This document shows, one piece after another, positions 46,701 through 55,597 of a stretch of DNA of 64,000 nucleotides. The stretch comes from a virus (lineage: Duplodnaviria; Caudoviricetes), in IMG/VR virus record IMGVR_UViG_3300031414_000005; one strand, written 5' to 3'. The notes under the pieces were generated by a model. It was not told where the DNA came from and searched no databases. It worked only from the letters and a program-made list of their open reading frames with translations. Position 1 is the stretch's first letter. The number at the start of each line of letters is the position of its first letter. The position numbers were made by a program, and so were the translations under genes.

Positions 46701-48503
46701 ATCTTCCTCTCCATGACCAGTCGTCAGAACGTGACAGCCAATTGGTATAAAGAGATGGGACTGATGTTGGACTTGTTCGTGGACCCGATCACCAAAGAGG
46801 AACTGATCAAGCTCAATGCCCCCACCAAGTTCGATGCGCTGTTAATCCATGCGGCGAAAATGCTGCTGTCCGATGAACACCGTAAAGAAACCTCGATGCA
46901 GGAGCAACGTATCGTGGGTTACGAACGTTTCTCAGGTGCGGTGTATAAAGAGATGGTGAAAGCCGTGCGCTCTTACCGGAGCCGTGCAGTGAACACCAAG
47001 CAGGGTGTGGACCTGAACCCCGAAGCCGTGTGGCTACGTATCTTAACCGATACCGCTGCGATGCCAATGGATGAAGCCAACCCGATTCAGAACCTCAAGC
47101 TGAAAGAACGTGTGACCAGCGGCGGTGACGGTGGCCGTACAGCAACCACTATGGTGCGTCGCACCCGTGAATACCTGGAAGACTATATCGGGACCATCTC
47201 GGAAGCGACCGTGGATAACGCCAACGTGGCGTATATCTCGTTCCTGACCGCGAACCCGAACTTTGTCGACCTGCGGGGGAATGTGGCACAGCTGGAGAAC
47301 TACGACCAGACCAGTCAGTTTGCCTCCTCGGTGTCACTGTTGAACTATGGCTGTGACCGTGATGATCCCAAACGTACGGTGTTTGCGTCTATCCAGCATG
47401 CTCAGGCGATGTACGCGGATGGGTACCGCCCGACGCCACTGCGCACCGGTTACGAAACCTTGATTGCCCAACGTACTGATGAACTCTACTCCGGTAAAGC
47501 GGATCAGGACGGGAAAGTGATTGAGGTGACGAAGAACCACATCGCCGTGGAATACACGGACGGCACGGTGAAGGCGGTGGAACTCGGCACCCGTATCGGC
47601 TCCGCATCCGGTACCTACTTTACCCACACCCTGGTAACCGACCTCAAGGTGGGTGATTCGGTAATGAAGAACGACATCATTGCCTGGAACACCAACTACT
47701 TTGAACGGGACCAGATCAATCCATCACAGGTGGTGTGGAAAGCGGGGGTATTGGCACGTGTGGCCTTTATGGAGGATGAGTTCACGTATGAGGACTCCTC
47801 GATTATCTCCAAGGCGCTGGCTGAAAAGCTCGGGACCAAGATCATTAAGCGGGTTCCGATTACGGTCGACTTCCGTCAGGAGGTGCGTAACCTGATCAGT
47901 GAAGGCATGGAAGTTCAGTACGACAGCATTTTATGTACGATAGAAGACCCTATCACCGCCAACCTCGGGGCGTACTCCGACGAAGACTACAGTGGGCTGA
48001 GTAATTTGTCAGCCTTCGGTAAGACAGCGAAGACACACGGGCGTATCTCCAAGATCGACGTGCTGTATAACGGGGACATTGACAACATGTCAGAATCCCT
48101 GGCGCTGGTTGCAAACGCCTCTGACCGTAAACGCGGTCGGGTGGCGAAGCAACTTCGTAAAGGCGGAGCCACCACAGGTCAGGTGTTAGAAGGACTTCGT
48201 GTCGATGGGAACACTGTTGATCCCAATAAAGCCGTTATCTTTGTGTATATCGAAGTACCTGTGCCCGCCGGTATCGGGGGGAAAGGTGTATTCGGTAACC
48301 AGATGAAGTCGACCTTTGGCTACATCATGGATAACGAGACTGTCACTGAATCCGGTTTAACGGTTGACTCAATCTTCAGCTTTAAATCTGAGTTGAACCG
48401 TGTGGTCTTGTCAGCGATCATCCAGGCAATGACGAACCCGTTGTTGCGGACGTACACTGAGGGGGCCAAGGACATCTTCCGTAAAGCCAAAAACCTGGGA
48501 TAA
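43740..48503 (+). CDS. rpoB: virion RNA polymerase beta subunit, N-terminal fragment (phiKZ gp178-like)
   Basis: 1587 aa; DDPKRTVFASIQHAQ, RVAFMEDEFTYEDSSIISK, GKGVFGNQMKS; synteny. Confidence 0.92.
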   Translation: MLRLEQFEKRFSVLRKNQILSPKFHALASLELPANAILHYLPTDPTDIGPDVNEITLINYPEPIFVNHLTEMVNKIGNPQRVTANPRALIDQYRKTHRRFLYLRNFATTNQQPRNLLVWNYGIAQQFYRYRPSVFVSYQRWFNQYYTMWEQVAHLQQDSTRSQFIPLSLPAILPSLTQLRNSSKKMGSGMEDEQAHPMDTLDAQWTAEDEAELQAEMAQSTPFQQMFVNLTRSLLKIKKYGSNSRRRKAEFVYDPRSQYNAAQYYHNSPLGDQTTYPEMDDDDDDYDETEGDGGDFDGGMEGIYNWGVEDLGAMESRITLTTPRLDQTALRPFQAANSYWMLDFWQWLAGERETSVMSLMDHNQLHKVNLLIENMGSFAILNLGRLMDWLNEMPKVQRGGEEVVNPVAKENYAKQLLLFFNKQFMMKTEGGFQPDTADEQSDEASTPLRDKRKPEVISSPELPDDIFDEEDDGTEIDTRNVYGVDVPVNPFDDIDKQVHQPDEPQLVPEPSEPVASDVEDATIAQLSDDVDDALLELPQAAQHLDDADDLMFEGGGAPEDGVMIKAIEMAESGQISASEFRRMEKVSSSYRRIKNPFGEGTLEDLITYDPVVLNTVPKAIGQDSDTILDKSMLDSTVTHVNTQYIKHVMQKDVANMVMGVQQAGIAITNYEVDEVVDALSAYDSYTIQFQPVGGLTTTRRFRIPKVQEDNTYTVNSVKSVLSWQRMDKPIRKINPSRVALNSYYGKKVFIDRSTKKVNSYEDWLHRNIIAESQPTPGSDVPSQVQGLVLGRHFDPTIKTPHTFAMLSRRFRQFQVGDCAFLFNTHDLEESVGKERFRELLSRDFVVCGKRGDDLLVMDTAGMVYAYPPALPSFQMLDTIENMVGLNVKDAPVEIVEVKINGRYVPMVIILCYYYGLTRLLKLLETSVRYVPRGERLQLTSEEVAIGFADEFLVYSRNDRLSSLILGGLNTYKDELRAFNRSNLDNPNIFLSMTSRQNVTANWYKEMGLMLDLFVDPITKEELIKLNAPTKFDALLIHAAKMLLSDEHRKETSMQEQRIVGYERFSGAVYKEMVKAVRSYRSRAVNTKQGVDLNPEAVWLRILTDTAAMPMDEANPIQNLKLKERVTSGGDGGRTATTMVRRTREYLEDYIGTISEATVDNANVAYISFLTANPNFVDLRGNVAQLENYDQTSQFASSVSLLNYGCDRDDPKRTVFASIQHAQAMYADGYRPTPLRTGYETLIAQRTDELYSGKADQDGKVIEVTKNHIAVEYTDGTVKAVELGTRIGSASGTYFTHTLVTDLKVGDSVMKNDIIAWNTNYFERDQINPSQVVWKAGVLARVAFMEDEFTYEDSSIISKALAEKLGTKIIKRVPITVDFRQEVRNLISEGMEVQYDSILCTIEDPITANLGAYSDEDYSGLSNLSAFGKTAKTHGRISKIDVLYNGDIDNMSESLALVANASDRKRGRVAKQLRKGGATTGQVLEGLRVDGNTVDPNKAVIFVYIEVPVPAGIGGKGVFGNQMKSTFGYIMDNETVTESGLTVDSIFSFKSELNRVVLSAIIQAMTNPLLRTYTEGAKDIFRKAKNLG

Positions 48504-48510
48504 TTAAACG

Positions 48511-49242
48511 ATGACACCTCAAACCATCAAAGACCTGCAAGAGGACCTGATTGCACTCGGCCTGTTACCGAAAGGACAGAACGACGGCGCATGGGGACCG
48601 AAGTCGCAGGCTGCGTGGAACAGTGCGGTGAGTCTGTTGAAGAAAGGGGGCCAACCGGCCCCCGTTACAGACACCGGTGCTGTGCAGTACGACATTGCCT
48701 GGTCAGGCTCGAAGAACGTGAACGATGCGTTTGTGGCCAAGGTAAAAGAGATCGCCACCAAACTGTTATTGCCAATGAATGACAACGCAGGTGCAGGCTG
48801 GCTGATGAGTTGTATGGCGTTTGAAACGGGTGAGACATTCAGTCCCTCTATTCAGAACGGTGCCGGGGCGCAAGCCTATGGCCTGATTCAGTTTATGAAA
48901 GGTGCCGCATCCGACATGGGTGTGACCCTGGACCAACTGAAAGTCATGACAGCCCTTCAACAGCTGGATTACGTCTACCTGTATTTCAAACGGTTCACCG
49001 GTAAAATCACGTCGCTCGATGATGTGTACCTGGCTATTTTCTATCCGGCTGCTATGGGTAAACCAGACAGCACCGTGTTGTTCTACCGTGACCTGGCGAA
49101 GACCTCGCTGGCGTACAAGCAGAACAGCGGGCTCGACCTGAATAAAGACGGACAGATCACCGTTGCGGAGATTTGTTCGATTATCCGTTCTAAACATGCG
49201 AAAGGGTTACGACCTGAGTACCGAAAAGTGATTAAGGGTTAA
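48511..49242 (+). CDS. endolysin: N-terminal PG-binding domain + lysozyme/transglycosylase-like domain
   Basis: LQEDLIALG..DGAWGPKS (PG_binding_1); CMAFETG..AYGLIQFM; DLNKDGQIT. Confidence 0.85.
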   Translation: MTPQTIKDLQEDLIALGLLPKGQNDGAWGPKSQAAWNSAVSLLKKGGQPAPVTDTGAVQYDIAWSGSKNVNDAFVAKVKEIATKLLLPMNDNAGAGWLMSCMAFETGETFSPSIQNGAGAQAYGLIQFMKGAASDMGVTLDQLKVMTALQQLDYVYLYFKRFTGKITSLDDVYLAIFYPAAMGKPDSTVLFYRDLAKTSLAYKQNSGLDLNKDGQITVAEICSIIRSKHAKGLRPEYRKVIKG

Positions 49243-49244
49243 TC

Positions 49245-49424
49245 ATGGGCGAACAACTGAATTACGGCACAGTACAACTGCTGGCCAATATCCATGCTGC
49301 GGTGGAACAAACCATGGCGAAGCTGGGTAGCGAAGAATTTAAACCACTGGACGCAGACAAACAGCAGGCTTATATCACTGCGCGTCTGCAAGCCGGTATT
49401 GCTGCATATAACGCGAAAGGATAA
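49245..49424 (+). CDS. small hypothetical protein, 59 aa (absent from ORF track)
   Basis: AAGG SD; MGEQLNYGTVQLLANIHAAVEQTMAKLGSEEFKPLDADKQQAYITARLQAGIAAYNAKG. Confidence 0.7.
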   Translation: MGEQLNYGTVQLLANIHAAVEQTMAKLGSEEFKPLDADKQQAYITARLQAGIAAYNAKG

Positions 49425-49430
49425 TTCCCC

Positions 49431-50963
49431 ATGCTTAAGAAAAGTAACGTCGCCAGTGTGGTGTCCTTAGCGCAACAGTTGCAGGACCGTGGCTACCAGT
49501 TAACCCTGAATCCAAAGTTCACCTTGCTGGACGCTGTTATGCGTGCCAACGAAGTCAACTACGTGGTGGCAACCGATTCACTGGAAGATGTGTTGGTGAA
49601 CCGTTCAGCTATGCGTGTGGTGGATGGGGTGGCTCTGGAAGACGGCGAAGAAACGCCGGTGCTGATTCCCAACGCCCACACCCAGGCCATGGATGAACTG
49701 ACCACGGCAGCGGCGTCGGCGATCACGGTGATCTCTAACCTGGTCCGCACCCACATCAACCCGAACGTGGCAAACATCGCTCAGGCGGTTTACCGCGTGC
49801 TGGATGGCAATGCCTATTCGGACATCACTGATTTTGGTTATGAGACACGTGCTTACAACCCGATTTACAACAGTGGTGTGGTGGAAGGCCTGATCAGTGG
49901 CATCAACACGGCGCAGGCTCTGCCACTGCCAACGGTGAATCTGCCAGCGATGAACAACACCCAGCTGGAAAACCTGGTGAAGACAGCCAATGCCAGCATC
50001 AACTCGGGTCTGGCGACTTTCCAGCAGAAATACGCAGATGGTCTGGTTTATGTGTATGACCTGTTCTTCCGTCAGAGCGGCGGTCCCAATCCACTGAGCG
50101 CGTCGATCTACACCACCCGTCAAGGTGACAACATGGTGAACCTCGGCAGCGGTAGCGATACGGCTGTTCCGGCGGTGGGTCTGATCATTGCCGCGGCGTT
50201 GGTTGACAACCCGCCGGAAGGCACCACGCTGGATGTGGATGTCTACAACGGTCTGGTTAGCCGTGTCATGAGTGCGCTGGCCAATGCAGTGAAAATGGTG
50301 AGCGATGAGCGCGCCTTTGCCATTGAGCAGAAAATCCTGGTATTGGAATACCCAATGATCAGCTCGTCCACCGGGCGTGTGAACGGCAAAATGGTGCTGA
50401 ACGATGACATGACGTCAAGCTTCTACGGTTCAGGCATCAGCATGGATGAACTGATTGGTTCCGCACTGTCCTCGCGTTACACCTCGCTCGATGAACTGCT
50501 GATCAACAAAGACCGTCTGGTTGAAATCTACAGAGCCCACCGTGACCAAGCCATGGTGAACCGCACCATCAACCGTCAGCAGTTCCTGAACTCCGCCCTG
50601 GTTGAGCAAATCAGCAACTACTTTGATGACGTGGACCCGGCGATTCTGGAACCGACCGTGAAGGCACAGGAACTGGCTAACAAAGGCGAGTTGCGTCTGT
50701 TGGTCCTGAACAAGGTGCGTGATGACCTGTATCACACCCGTGTGCTGGAAAACAACATTCAGGAATACCTGACCACGTTGTTTGCTGAACGTATTTTCAT
50801 CAACCCGTCACTGGGTGACTTCCTGCGTATTTTCAACACCACCGAAATGTACGGTGTGGCGAGAAACAACGAAGAAGAGAGCATCCGTGAGCGTGCGGCG
50901 TATACCGCCATCATCATGCTGACCAAACTGTTCTCTGAAGCCACCACAGTTAAACGTCTTTAA
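49431..50963 (+). CDS. virion head protein (SPN3US gp243 / phiKZ gp177-like position)
   Basis: AAGGA SD; synteny between vRNAP beta-N and the protease. Confidence 0.7.
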   Translation: MLKKSNVASVVSLAQQLQDRGYQLTLNPKFTLLDAVMRANEVNYVVATDSLEDVLVNRSAMRVVDGVALEDGEETPVLIPNAHTQAMDELTTAAASAITVISNLVRTHINPNVANIAQAVYRVLDGNAYSDITDFGYETRAYNPIYNSGVVEGLISGINTAQALPLPTVNLPAMNNTQLENLVKTANASINSGLATFQQKYADGLVYVYDLFFRQSGGPNPLSASIYTTRQGDNMVNLGSGSDTAVPAVGLIIAAALVDNPPEGTTLDVDVYNGLVSRVMSALANAVKMVSDERAFAIEQKILVLEYPMISSSTGRVNGKMVLNDDMTSSFYGSGISMDELIGSALSSRYTSLDELLINKDRLVEIYRAHRDQAMVNRTINRQQFLNSALVEQISNYFDDVDPAILEPTVKAQELANKGELRLLVLNKVRDDLYHTRVLENNIQEYLTTLFAERIFINPSLGDFLRIFNTTEMYGVARNNEEESIRERAAYTAIIMLTKLFSEATTVKRL

Positions 50964-50978
50964 TAACGGAGGTGTCCC

Positions 50979-51704
50979 TTGGACATCAGCACCTACAAGC
51001 GCGATAAAACGCGAGTGATGGGCGCACTGAAGGTCATGGAAGACCGCAGTGTGATTGCCCTGGAGCCAGTACGTATTCATATCCCCAACCGTTACCTGGA
51101 TCGCGGTCTGGCTGCGATCGGTGACCGCGTGTCAACCTTGGCGGTGTACGCCTTGCTCACCAACGATGGACATTACATGGTGAGCTTGGCTCCGTGCCGG
51201 GTGTACTTGAAACCCAATGCCATCCGTGAAATCAAAATTGAAGGGGAAGGTTACTTCGAGTTTGAGTTTGCCAAAGGGGACACCGTGATTGAATCGACCA
51301 CGGTGGTGCAGGAAGAGATCATCACGTACTACATGTACAGTGAGTTCGACGCCAAAGGCAAAATGCCCTGGTTCATGGACCGGGATTTAAATGGGCGGTT
51401 GTTTGACAACGCCAAGCATTTCTGCGGTGGGTACATCGGGGACAACCCGCAAATCTACCGTATGCTGCACGCTATCCGTAACCGTGACCCGGACAACATT
51501 CGTCGTCCCTGGCGTCAGGCGGTGAAAACGGAAGCGGACGTTGCCCGTGTTCAGCCGGTGATTGTGGCACTGAGTGCCATCAACATCACCTCGTCAGGTA
51601 CCTTGCCACGTCTGCTGGGGTCGTACCTTAGCGACACGATTCGTTCTGCGATCATTGACCCGTCCGAACGCGCAGAGGGCGGTGAGATCATCATGCGTAA
51701 ATAA
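50979..51704 (+). CDS. probable virion RNA polymerase beta' C-terminal fragment (phiKZ gp176 / SPN3US gp244-like)
   Basis: GGAGG SD; MLHAIRNRDPDN and GTLPRLLGSYLSDTIRSAII resemble the beta' C-terminal region; synteny. Confidence 0.6.
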   Translation: MDISTYKRDKTRVMGALKVMEDRSVIALEPVRIHIPNRYLDRGLAAIGDRVSTLAVYALLTNDGHYMVSLAPCRVYLKPNAIREIKIEGEGYFEFEFAKGDTVIESTTVVQEEIITYYMYSEFDAKGKMPWFMDRDLNGRLFDNAKHFCGGYIGDNPQIYRMLHAIRNRDPDNIRRPWRQAVKTEADVARVQPVIVALSAINITSSGTLPRLLGSYLSDTIRSAIIDPSERAEGGEIIMRK

Positions 51705-51716
51705 AGGAGTTGCACC

Positions 51717-52499
51717 ATGTCTTCCGTGTCGTATGCATGTGAAGTTCTGCGTGGAATGAACAAGCAAGGGATATTGACACCTGACAGCGATGGCTATTAC
51801 AAAACCTGTGTCGGTGCCTTCAACATCCACAACTTCCACAAAGATTTCTACCCGCTCACTAACCAGATCAAAGAGATGTTTGATTCGGGGGCGGAATTCC
51901 AACGTCGTATCAAAACCCATCAGTTGCGGGGTGAGTGTGAACACCCGGCACCGGAAGCCGGCATGACCCAACAGCAGTGGTTTGCGCGTCTGCGTAAAAT
52001 CCGCCTGGATCGTGTTAGCCACCATTTCAAAAGTGTGGTGCTGGATTTCTCACAGGTCGGGAAGAATGGACAAAACATCGTTCCTATCCTGGCTGAAGTG
52101 AAACCTTCCGGTGTGTTTGGTCCGGGTCTGCAATCGTCTTTCGATAACAAAGATGAAGACACTGCGTTCAGTATCCGCAGTATCACCGCAGACACCCCAT
52201 TACCCAACAGCTTCCGTGACCGTAAAGAAGTGCAGTACATCGCCACCTTCGACTGGGTCAACGAACCGGGTATCAAGATCGCCACCAAATACCACGCACC
52301 AGGACTGGAGTCACTGGAAGCGGGTGAGATGTCGGTCGCAGCCATTGAAGAAGACATCCGCATTATCCAGGAGTTCCAGCGTAACGGAACCGGCCTGGAG
52401 GCGAATGATAACATTCATGAGCTGCAAGCCCTGGTCGGTGCGTTAACGCACTCCGGTGCGAAAACCGGGATCATCTTACCGCCGTCAATGCGTTGGTAG
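51717..52499 (+). CDS. prohead (head maturation) serine protease (phiKZ gp175-like)
   Basis: RGECEHP (His), AFSIRS (Ser), IATFDWVNEPG (Asp); C-terminal PGLE/GLE autocleavage-type motifs. Confidence 0.9.
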   Translation: MSSVSYACEVLRGMNKQGILTPDSDGYYKTCVGAFNIHNFHKDFYPLTNQIKEMFDSGAEFQRRIKTHQLRGECEHPAPEAGMTQQQWFARLRKIRLDRVSHHFKSVVLDFSQVGKNGQNIVPILAEVKPSGVFGPGLQSSFDNKDEDTAFSIRSITADTPLPNSFRDRKEVQYIATFDWVNEPGIKIATKYHAPGLESLEAGEMSVAAIEEDIRIIQEFQRNGTGLEANDNIHELQALVGALTHSGAKTGIILPPSMRW

Positions 52500-52511
52500 T
52501 TACACCCCTCT

Positions 52512-52539
52512 GGCTCCTGCTTCGGCGGGAGCCTTCTTT
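52512..52539 (+). terminator. intrinsic terminator
   Basis: GGCTCCTGC-TTCG-GCGGGAGCC + TTCTTT. Confidence 0.8.
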
Positions 52540-52609
52540 GTTCTGCTGTTATTTTTATACATGTGACCGTATTCTTTGACCGTAATTCCTTTAACTGGAT
52601 TATCCCCAC

Positions 52610-53185
52610 ATGAATGTAAAGCTTACCAAACCCGAAGCGTACTTTGTGAATGACCTGCGTCAGTTCGCTGATTTCCTCAACTGCTTCCAGCGCATCATGG
52701 TGCAAGCCCGTCAGCTGTGGCAGGAGCACGAAGCCGAATTGCTGAAGAAACCGTCGTCCGCCCGTAACGACCTGACCATGGGTGTGGTTGGTGAAATCAA
52801 CCGCAAGATCGTGGCCATGGAACCGATCCCGTATGTGCGCCATGACACCACCACGGTGATTGAGCGGTTTAAGATCTACACCAACGAACTGTTCCTGCTG
52901 GAACAAATCCAGTTGGTTGACCTGTTCCGTTTCGTGGCGTCTGTGTATGCCCCCAACACCGATATCGTGCGAGTCAATATGTTGATCGTCAACTACGTCG
53001 ACCTGGACACGGGTGCGGTAAACTTCAACAAAGATTTCATCAACGAATTCCGTCAGCTGATTTACTCGATTGGTGTCTCAGCGCACAAAGACATCCTGCG
53101 CAGCTTACCGCGTCCGACGCCGGTAAAGCAGTACCAAGGTAACATGGTCGAAGCCGTGGCAATCGCTGACGAGAAAGAGGTGTAA
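52610..53185 (+). CDS. hypothetical protein
   Basis: 191 aa, biased codons. Confidence 0.8.
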   Translation: MNVKLTKPEAYFVNDLRQFADFLNCFQRIMVQARQLWQEHEAELLKKPSSARNDLTMGVVGEINRKIVAMEPIPYVRHDTTTVIERFKIYTNELFLLEQIQLVDLFRFVASVYAPNTDIVRVNMLIVNYVDLDTGAVNFNKDFINEFRQLIYSIGVSAHKDILRSLPRPTPVKQYQGNMVEAVAIADEKEV

Positions 53186-53186
53186 C

Positions 53187-53363
53187 ATGGAAGCATTAAT
53201 CTATCTGCTGAACCTGACTGCGGATGCCCTGGAAGGCCGTTACCTGTCGGATGATGCTGCGAAGAAAGAAGACCAGTTCTATCATCACGACACCGTCGAT
53301 GCCGTCGTGACAGCCGTTGCACGCACCATGGACGATGCGTTGGCTGAAAAGGCGCAAAGCTAA
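53187..53363 (+). CDS. small acidic protein, 58 aa (absent from ORF track)
   Basis: GAGG SD; MEALIYLLNLTADALEGRYLSDDAAKKEDQFYHHDTVDAVVTAVARTMDDALAEKAQS. Confidence 0.7.
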   Translation: MEALIYLLNLTADALEGRYLSDDAAKKEDQFYHHDTVDAVVTAVARTMDDALAEKAQS

Positions 53364-53375
53364 ATAATCACAAAC

Positions 53376-53384
53376 CTATATCAC
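53376..53384 (+). promoter_or_regulatory. early-type promoter core
   Basis: AAACCTATATCACC matches copy 2 at 15577-15590. Confidence 0.55.
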
Positions 53385-53463
53385 CCATATGACAACAGAC
53401 ACACCAGTCTGGGGACGACACATACGTGACGTCTTAATTCTAATGGTTGAGAGGTATTGAGAA

Positions 53464-53556
53464 ATGATTTGTCGTCTGGTGCGTAAAACGATTTATCGTA
53501 AAGCGAGTAAAGATAACAACGTCGCTGCGGTGCGTGTTTTTCTGATTCGTAAATAA
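53464..53556 (+). CDS. 30-aa basic peptide (absent from ORF track)
   Basis: GAGG SD; MICRLVRKTIYRKASKDNNVAAVRVFLIRK. Confidence 0.45.
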   Translation: MICRLVRKTIYRKASKDNNVAAVRVFLIRK

Positions 53557-53633
53557 TCTGTATTGCTTAGCAGTCCCTTTGCAGTAACCCCTTTTTAATT
53601 GCGTTCTCACTCATTCATCAAATGGAGTATCAA

Positions 53634-54086
53634 ATGTCTAAAGCAACTGTTAACGATCGTATCCTGGCCCTGTCTGCTTCCCTGGTTGAAACCGCGAAGA
53701 CTGATGCGACCAACGCGAAAACCGTTTACGATCTGGACACTGTGAAAGCGGCACTGCCAGAAGGTCTGAACTTCGAGCAGGCACAGCAGTATCAGAACTT
53801 CCTGGGTGAACTGACCCTGGCGTCCGAACTGGCGACTTCCCAGATCGGCAGCGGTGTGCTGGCCGAGAACGAAGACCATTCTGAATTCACTGGCGTGCTG
53901 GACTTCGGTGCCACCACGATCAGCAATATCTTCCAGGGCAAAACAGCCATTGGCGAGAAAGATGTATTCGGTCACGTGGTGTCTTCAGTGCACACTGAAT
54001 TCACTGGCGAACTGGGTGCGCAGGCGAAAGCCGTGCGTGCAGACATCGCGAGCAAGGCCAAAGCCCTGTTCGGTGGTAAGAAGTAA
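53634..54086 (+). CDS. abundant-type hypothetical protein
   Basis: GGAG SD; extreme codon bias; own terminator. Confidence 0.85.
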   Translation: MSKATVNDRILALSASLVETAKTDATNAKTVYDLDTVKAALPEGLNFEQAQQYQNFLGELTLASELATSQIGSGVLAENEDHSEFTGVLDFGATTISNIFQGKTAIGEKDVFGHVVSSVHTEFTGELGAQAKAVRADIASKAKALFGGKK

Positions 54087-54173
54087 CAACTAACCCTATC
54101 CATTAACCCGCTCGGTCACTTCTCATTCCGGAAAAATAAGATCTAACCTAAGCGAGTAGTAGATAGTTGAATC

Positions 54174-54199
54174 GGGAGTTACTTCGGTAACTCCCTTTT
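54174..54199 (+). terminator. intrinsic terminator
   Basis: GGGAGTTAC-TTCG-GTAACTCCC + TTTT. Confidence 0.9.
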
Positions 54200-54312
54200 C
54201 TCAGATGCTTTTCTTTTGTTCATGCAAAGGAAAAGAATTTGTACCCGAAGGTGAAGCGGGCAAACTTCCCACACCCCAGCCGAGTGCGGCACCCAAAACA
54301 AAGGTAATGAAA

Positions 54313-55089
54313 ATGAACTTTACAGGTCGAACCCTCAACATCTCCATGAAACAAGATATCGAAACCACTGACACATTTTGGGTCTTTGAAATCCATGTGC
54401 TTAGCAACCGTGTGGTATACATAACAGGTAATGACGGGTTGCTTGATCATGTTTCCCGCCGGGTACTTGATCTAGGTATGGCGATTCATCTTCGTCTCCC
54501 GCATTGCTATAAGTGGTTTGATGGCTATTCTTTTGAAGATCTGAACAGTGAACTGGATCATATCTGGAAAGACCTCCAGGCATTCGTGGCAACTTACTGT
54601 GGTAGTCACACACTTCAGAAATACAAAGAGAACCGCTCTAAGTTGGTGATGATGGACTCAACGTATCAGAAAGAAGGTGGACCCACCAACCCGCTGGTAT
54701 CCCTGCCAAGCAATGTCTGGATCAACACGATCTACATTCCTAAGGCAAAGGGTTGGGTGGATATCGCGTATGAACTCACCCGCCACCCTGATCAACACAC
54801 CGACCTGGTCACCATGCATCCGGGTAATCACGCCGATGATGCGTTTAAACGCACCAAAGAATCGTTACGTCGCGGGGTGCGCAGTTTCAAATGGGTGATG
54901 CGCCGTTCACTCCATGTGGGTGAGGTCGATGGCCTGCGGTTTGTTCCGTCGATTGGTGAGGTTTACCTTAAGCATCAGGACGAGATTCACCGGGTGTTGG
55001 ATATCCCGTTGTCGATTGGTGAGTCGAACATGAATCGGGTGGAGCGTCAGATTGAAGAAAGCCGAAAAGAATACGACAACGATCAGTAA
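54313..55089 (+). CDS. hypothetical protein (start uncertain, 54205-54313)
   Basis: AAGGT SD before ATG 54313. Confidence 0.7.
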   Translation: MNFTGRTLNISMKQDIETTDTFWVFEIHVLSNRVVYITGNDGLLDHVSRRVLDLGMAIHLRLPHCYKWFDGYSFEDLNSELDHIWKDLQAFVATYCGSHTLQKYKENRSKLVMMDSTYQKEGGPTNPLVSLPSNVWINTIYIPKAKGWVDIAYELTRHPDQHTDLVTMHPGNHADDAFKRTKESLRRGVRSFKWVMRRSLHVGEVDGLRFVPSIGEVYLKHQDEIHRVLDIPLSIGESNMNRVERQIEESRKEYDNDQ

Positions 55090-55102
55090 TCATTAATTAA
55101 CA

Positions 55103-55126
55103 GGGGCTGCTTCGGCGGCTCCTTTT
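55103..55126 (+). terminator. intrinsic terminator
   Basis: GGGGCTGC-TTCG-GCGGCTCC + TTTT. Confidence 0.75.
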
Positions 55127-55143
55127 CCAGTTAAGGAATCATC

Positions 55144-55509
55144 ATGAAAAACGACGTATTGGCCAAGTTGATTGCCTGGGGTATTGAAGTTCAGTATCAG
55201 TCTCTGCCTGCCAGAACCGATGAGATTGTACCGGGCTGTGTGTTCTCGCTCATGCCCGGAATTGATGAAGGTTGTTTCCTCGTCCTTCAGGCAACCCGGC
55301 GTGATGGCCCTGTGGGGTTACCCACCGAAGAGGAAGCGGTGCAGGGTGTCTTGTACAACTTCAGTGAAGAACTCAAAGGGTTTGAGGGGGTGAGTGGTTA
55401 CATGACCAATGCAAACTTCGCAAACACGCCGAAGGGAGAGACACCGTCAGAAGCCGGCTATGTCCGCTATTCGCTGTTCACCACTGTACACACCGACCAT
55501 ATCGCATAA
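55144..55509 (+). CDS. hypothetical protein
   Basis: AAGGA SD. Confidence 0.8.
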   Translation: MKNDVLAKLIAWGIEVQYQSLPARTDEIVPGCVFSLMPGIDEGCFLVLQATRRDGPVGLPTEEEAVQGVLYNFSEELKGFEGVSGYMTNANFANTPKGETPSEAGYVRYSLFTTVHTDHIA

Positions 55510-55597
55510 CACATCGGGGGCCTTGCGGGGCTCCCTTTCTCAGGCCTTTCTTTTTGCTCCGGAATCCTATAACCACTTATCACTATTAGGGTTTGTT

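Noticed and set aside
42118-48503. Group I/II introns or inteins in the RNAP, helicase, RecA or sheath genes
   Set aside because: The ORFs are continuous, with no C/S..HN-C/S/T intein ends and no embedded homing endonuclease
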